64,000 nucleotides of DNA, taken from Monocercomonoides exilis PA203. Lineage: Eukaryota; Protista; Preaxostyla. Both the position numbers and the translations under genes were made by a program. The stretch covers positions 1,736,001-1,800,000 of the forward strand of contig LSRY02000011.1 in NCBI GenBank assembly GCA_001643675.2. The letters run 5' to 3'. Shown here piece by piece: positions 62,701 to 64,000 of the stretch. Numbering within the stretch: position 1 is the first letter of the stretch; every line of letters starts with the position of its first letter. Below the pieces are notes generated by a model that worked only from the letters and a program-made list of their open reading frames with translations, made no database searches and had not been told where the DNA came from.

Positions 62701-63193
62701 AAGAAGTGAGAACAAACGAGTGAATCGAAGATGATGACAGTTCAAAAGCTTGGGGAAACGAAGATGCAGCACAAGAATGCTGTGACACAAGTGGAGCAAT
62801 CACATTGCAACTTGAAGGGTTCACAAATGTCACATTTTCAAGGCAAATAGAACCATCACAACTCCAAAACGGACTGGTTATCCCATGCACATCACATTCC
62901 ACGGTGCTCTCAATAATTTGCACAAAAGTGCTTGAAAGATTAAATCGAGGAGAAATGCTTCCAGAAGCAGCAAATGTGAGGCAACAAAGAAGAGCCGAAC
63001 TATTTTCAAATTGCAATGAAGATGAGCACGATATGACTGTCTTTGTAACACGCACTTGGGGAATATGAGGAGCTGGAACAGGCAAGCTGTGCCTCGGCAG
63101 GCAACTGCTTTCTGCATCGACATCATTCAAGCAATATGCATTAATAATGCTTGCACAAGCAAAGACAACCCAGTCCAGCAGCCGCCCCGCCAT
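50741..63193 (-). CDS. Giant type I membrane protein: signal peptide, repeated Cys-rich beta-helix (PMP/pectin-lyase-like) ectodomain, TM helix, C-terminal pseudokinase
   Basis: Intronless ~4,150-aa ORF (first ATG 63193). Many GG(A/G)(I/M/V) and F..N.A..G.D.F motifs; eight CG-x4-(P/E)C modules; TM WPIIVVVLIVLFLIVFVGFILFVI followed by RWRKQKRR; kinase C-lobe RWKAPE, SAVFSIGMMLWE, VPF and NRP. Confidence 0.88.
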   Translation of the reverse strand: MAGRLLDWVVFACASIINAYCLNDVDAESSCLPRHSLPVPAPHIPQVRVTKTVISCSSSLQFENSSALLCCLTFAASGSISPRFNLSSTFVQIIESTVECDVHGITSPFWSCDGSICLENVTFVNPSSCNVIAPLVSQHSCAASSFPQAFELSSSSIHSFVLTSSPFLPSAPFISANIHRSTFSNITLSPNFRLPNDYRLDPRETSMSNTVFTNVKNVYDGGIVRSVNAPENSLVCTNCSFLFCNRGLSNDTRQRHPSRVTYSNKSCSFNDSLFTFTSEGQGGAIYVGGNGSLCVYRCTFKDCHSMDRGGAMFCSYFSHCFVCDSDFCGCKAESADGAITYWHGNHHLTKSCVFVNCTSGSFFGAMNSEGSPIDNLLSNSTFSNCHCNGTGGCLGVPYPKGPFLIFDSLFEHSTSSNGGAIYLHSSGENTSMLWKFLLFRNNTSPLGNDVQAVSSMADKVNKSQFVSCFSSSQQPRFIHCPKSGSCSSANNEADWLPDPSPVEINVKGAGEDLASCGGEGSECKTVDHALTRSISVLSQRILLHSEGFTVGHIEVDMQYIVVKAKFPSQEQASRPAITTSTSAEVFCNVVEGLLSVEGVDIIHSSGKWSSTSLFRVARDGKLVLAGMTISSATGDVSSFTCSVVEILSSGASMELERVCFSKIKTEKPVLSFVDNAQLHIAEVSFSGVERTAGNGGVLEVKVQAGETVELMNISFLSCSCSNGNGGGMCVEAESGAKVAVGNGSSPSGGVAFGACVASKLGGGIYLHLGDGSVDVRLNGLTFTRCSASAGRDVFVNAYNMKKAVENRLISFGIEMSDVHCVEGYERSTTNERFVIPVVVYLWENRSTRAYVSNCNERGADFTGCGFAEYPCRSVEGAVQMRFGESDRRLRLCEGFAFDHELALDARSFDIDADAKGSVKVHVESVDAAGGAGLVMCSVGVVFTNLTFELGGRVGAKKSFLHCVSGSLRVKDCSMSMALDTTRVHYSLISVSSGILTIVGFAVSRENNVVFEGAAVVEVSGSGSCTVSEMQLNGTTTSSTAGLVHISSSGTAAVKYSNFSDVVLPCGGVVCSTCIKSVEVSNSTFDNITRSSGDGSCICFGEANSGCEGSGEAEILNCTMKNCHVSGGAACGGAVAVDIGGESGVNVRDCGMEECSAPFGVGSNGKGGAMFLALRSSTSFFTLGAVLAFTSNSAKFGNDVFVEAPKLDLAVTTSSFQFFDKNQPFSRDAACGTDSRWENVAIPLVFYLMEREQDVSVAGGGEDVLVCGFAEYPCKTISFGLTQQPAEKSILLPAEFDLCEYLHLRDSFGCQIGSEPQSSASSSLCTMRMLGDGSAAEAYVGVEQDVRICNVRFAVDCCMRQPEKGLFVVSSDSGMCKMSGCGVCMSTSASRGAEAAVRSEFCVVEKGKLELVEFLAELLKVEHFGLISVCGTGVCVVNGCIVNNCEWTSERSVFEYSSSGSMSMEGVVVENVGCSSCSVIEDANGSSLVVENSTFGKVTRGMGNGSVIRCDAEDASSVVEISNITVSEAAAVDGCGGALSIIVGDCAHVKIGGGIETKSAFCLCQAGIGSQRESKEGAEYRAVRIANGNGNGNGNGLGGAVHMKCMGSAENVAFTEMLFGAGVQANRAEWLGKNMFVEGDDLSKIVKAEIFGFGVDVESNSTFEELNGFEGGNESYGIPLAVFLMDFDGLARVAGTDAGTGAADYRMCGVAQYPCVSVLFAASARFGEGTASIVLTSSFEFQERIVLGGRQDVAIVAGADGSGETINVSPDGSGEGESVVESKHNTTFRGMEFVLPASFVEVSRCCFMLCSSGTLAVDECSASRAGDGRISYSFLKATSGTASLSTFSIQDVGMGAVPVVEGRGVDARIVLDNVTLSGVSSECTTGLVVLSGGCSGDVQNSSVRAATTGNHCVIAISEASSARVENSNFTELVRRAGDGGVVAGDVSGGAKLEMKGCRLSGVACLEAGGKGGSMKMRAAVDGVVVCENNSVERSTLVGEASCGGGFFLQFDSSGVSYSMRNVHFSGNEAGPGSDVFVVCPTPRITIDRNRWVGSAVEGQENKTMWVMDNEKPPLVNATLLKYLFPTKDNIIFVNTEHGYNESCGEEDYPCNELGVGYGCLGTEKDVLQIMHGTELVMEIERNEAPLTIRGGDGAGATSALNVSSTGHIVLAAYVPEIVLSIERIVFRLPPPPTAHREFVLVSYGKAYFVSCTFGQAEGQELESAECGMWIALCIGGELELNHVEVKQMDYGAGRGILSVEGSGEVAVVDTNVSFVNGAGSGLVSVVGTAHLLIENSTMEDCSTIDGGVVHMEGECGLDVTNECAFCRCTCSKGNGGWLSAGLSQEGCVHIEDAEIEGCEAHPGNEANGGKGGGIMFAFEDDFSGDYLLKSILFADNVAELGRDLFVECKSLNETVAPARFEGVCGDKADGSADMWGWDRTILDGNEVSLDMFLVQLVSTRICISSLTGLDLLGCGDDTFPCCSFWRAVSNTHPASSERELAIEGSASIEDEYNLSNFVICSKNESEWAEVAVQSSIPAGHLSAVIVNEKALKLCRISFVIPCRFEAPRNALIGSSSDHSQLHVLNCSFACEVSEAVEFSIVHADGGAVQVEGCSIRTVSCVNVPFRMNGALTFSNCTFAGLSTPGSSEGGALRLGLGMSFSLKMESTTIQGCSCSGTEGSGGGLFLDCADSSNECPFTFKEMTMSENNANQGKNMYVCGADLNKSVTRDAFDFDFSSAMEDENMLVGRDSLLGQVDLLIFLVGYEGMEVAMSETGIDVARCGGTALPCCTFWKAMQQFSPSSVNITHMLFIEESALLRNSFDVSDFSIASEAGSTGERQVSRIACEGEGDGSDSALLLNSRTLNMSNVCISIRGVFGNREGAVVASESGDLMFFGCIFETRVGVDEASDVGFVTVKSGGVTMKDHEMRNVHSSRAVVAVHGGRMCDVDGLIAEHVELEDVCLFSFASSLEGQYQSQRQSQEMSARYGNGVICTTARVKNSSFITVTREGNGSAVVECTGAGSGLHGDAECTRLQVNGTRFEGCRAGAGEKGGAMLFLLQEGGSMSMRDSSIIQCGCSMECGRGGGVYVESWVNGALEMLFSRMTLKANTAKVGNDIFIRCESIETQINETLFQIDVNGDGFNVVNAIFGIDLVHRDPVDLMNFISIFQSSTIFVSSAAGSNGSNERQCGTFDLPCLSVEYGLAHVSGRYARMLLVHTASGLCGEADFDSVQVGAAEGTICSVDVASGMNCTRSSVGITAGKVGFTGVQFVFPAAFASEHFVFLEAQNGSLSITSCSFAAHSVGQSSTNAAAADESFSIIPFTLICAETASIVVSGLKIMSLELGSPSPLIKVGSISATFHFLHLSNVRLENSAVSITQQNSGAEGNLESQGFELASSVFENVTCPSAEGGIIASKACEMPLRLCNCSVSKCTLESQKGSIALLDACRNVTMDVCAFSGTGIDSTENGNAEFRDIQEWICRWNGSAVMLVNSTATLKDTRISDMEMGGLSVEGGKARVEKGEFAGNSAGIRNYESARRNVLCFGSASLEIESLKGGDGLKENTSMWISSDNGCKLGGLATERASPFFIPVLRNVETVKDGKKIDIVFEGQLLMPCDLGMRLTFTRGDEKEIVRGEFGEDNFVSENEVHSSIEDSGTGWDEEQTEVSVSILFGKSVSPSSTTEFILKNRSELKANGDERIVEGEKKESSIWPIIVVVLIVLFLIVFVGFILFVIRWRKQKRRTEELEIIVEDTVKKDPKLIEMMTMEMSPEERWRRVEREAEKKNDERIKKRIYETNMEHSESSEHLLSESGSTEYILGRDSDKIPQWMLEKVDEKEIEEEARKRTPSPSVSSTSTTSTTDSDSTFVRVEDLCPTTSSMSNLVDAMACSVPHEKLIVDLRDSLFMLLHGRNEKKEMAIGTLQERELTGAQILFWVANGALHSFDEMENPLSSLANLSPHIVLFSEHMVITIALHSDCSSDSDSGSSSISSSTVATSASDDERDSLPSSAFEDEDDNRKECMRWKAPELLMNNKMGATKKSAVFSIGMMLWECLTLKVPFGEFEAEMAGWMIKERGLPNMGVVENSQLRDAVCSMLQFEAENRPRLRDLKREFIRYCPASMATFTVSDAIGLEDSGRCGSGNESVSGSEITEEK

Positions 63194-64000
63194 TGCGAAT
63201 GTTGTTTGATTTTGCACGCTTGATCAAACCCATTGCAATATCATTTCTGATATTCCAAAAAATGAAACAGATCAGAAATACCCAATATAGATCACTTTGA
63301 GAAGGCTTCAATAATGCTTTTCATATGATGATTGATTTTGATATTTTTTCCCTTTTGTATTGTTGTCATTATTTTCTTTTTGTTGAAAAATCAAAATTCG
63401 GGCTTCATTCAAATTGCCAAAACAAGGCATCAAGCTTTTCAAATTCAAATTTGCAATGGCGTCTGTAATTCAGCAACAATGACATCTTTATTGAAATTAC
63501 TTTCTCATTCTTCCTCGTATTATTCAAAATCTCATATTTCTGCCTTTCAATCGTGACCTTCACAAATTTTGGGGCATTTTTGATTCACAATCTTTTCCCA
63601 ATGCAAGGTCAAATAAAATCAATGTGAAAAAAAGAAAGAAAACTACCTTTTTGCTGTTTGTTTCTTCCATTTCAGCCTATCTTCATTTTCTTTTTCTAAA
63701 TATGTTCGCAAATGATTCAGCCACATTTTCTGCCATAATCTGAATGGTTTTGACTGAAAGTGTAAATCCAAACATGACCTTGCATGAGCAAGCTCACGAG
63801 TAATATTTTTTTTCTTTTTTGAAAACTCCTTTGGCAACGCTTCAGGCCATTCAATAATAAATACGAACCATTTCCTGCAATTCCAGTTTTGCTGTTGTCA
63901 AGTTTGTCTGCCTCTCTGAGAAAACAATAAAATAATACGCACAATCAGCGCTCATGGATCGATAGCCAAATAAACCTGATGATTTCAATTCAATTGGAAT

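Noticed and set aside
63240-64000. Fragmentary minus-strand ORFs at the right edge
   Set aside because: Multiple stops and no recognisable family; may be a decayed repeat or a truncated gene end.
1-64000. TAA/TAG-to-Gln recoding as in some oxymonads; CRISPR array, rRNA or tRNA genes
   Set aside because: Conserved genes end at TAA/TAG/TGA and multi-kb ORFs lack internal TAR codons. No repeat-spacer array or structural RNA signature was recognised by eye.

Overview
Gene-dense, intron-rich eukaryotic DNA read with the standard genetic code. It has short AT-rich introns with GTTTG(T/C) donors, poly-Ser trinucleotide expansions and a giant Cys-rich receptor-pseudokinase, which together suggest an oxymonad such as Monocercomonoides (inference). 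Contents in window order: (1) a spliced 7TM GPCR-like domain fused in frame to an inositol polyphosphate 5-phosphatase, absent from the ORF track because it runs off the left edge; (2) a triple-RRM protein with a ~2,400-aa Ser/Pro tail; (3) a TIR-bounded, decayed pogo/Fot1-type DNA transposon; (4) a Cid1/TUTase-family nucleotidyltransferase; (5) a 335-bp foldback/MITE-like palindrome; (6) CFAP70; (7) NOL10; (8) a coiled-coil gene; (9) a small membrane-protein gene; (10) CEP44; (11) a divergent importin-alpha; (12) phosphoserine aminotransferase; (13) IFT81; (14) a hypothetical acidic protein; (15) NOC2; (16) a ~4,150-aa single-pass surface receptor with a degenerate kinase domain. The most striking item is the GPCR-5-phosphatase fusion. 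No rRNA, tRNA or CRISPR array was recognised. All splice models were inferred by eye.
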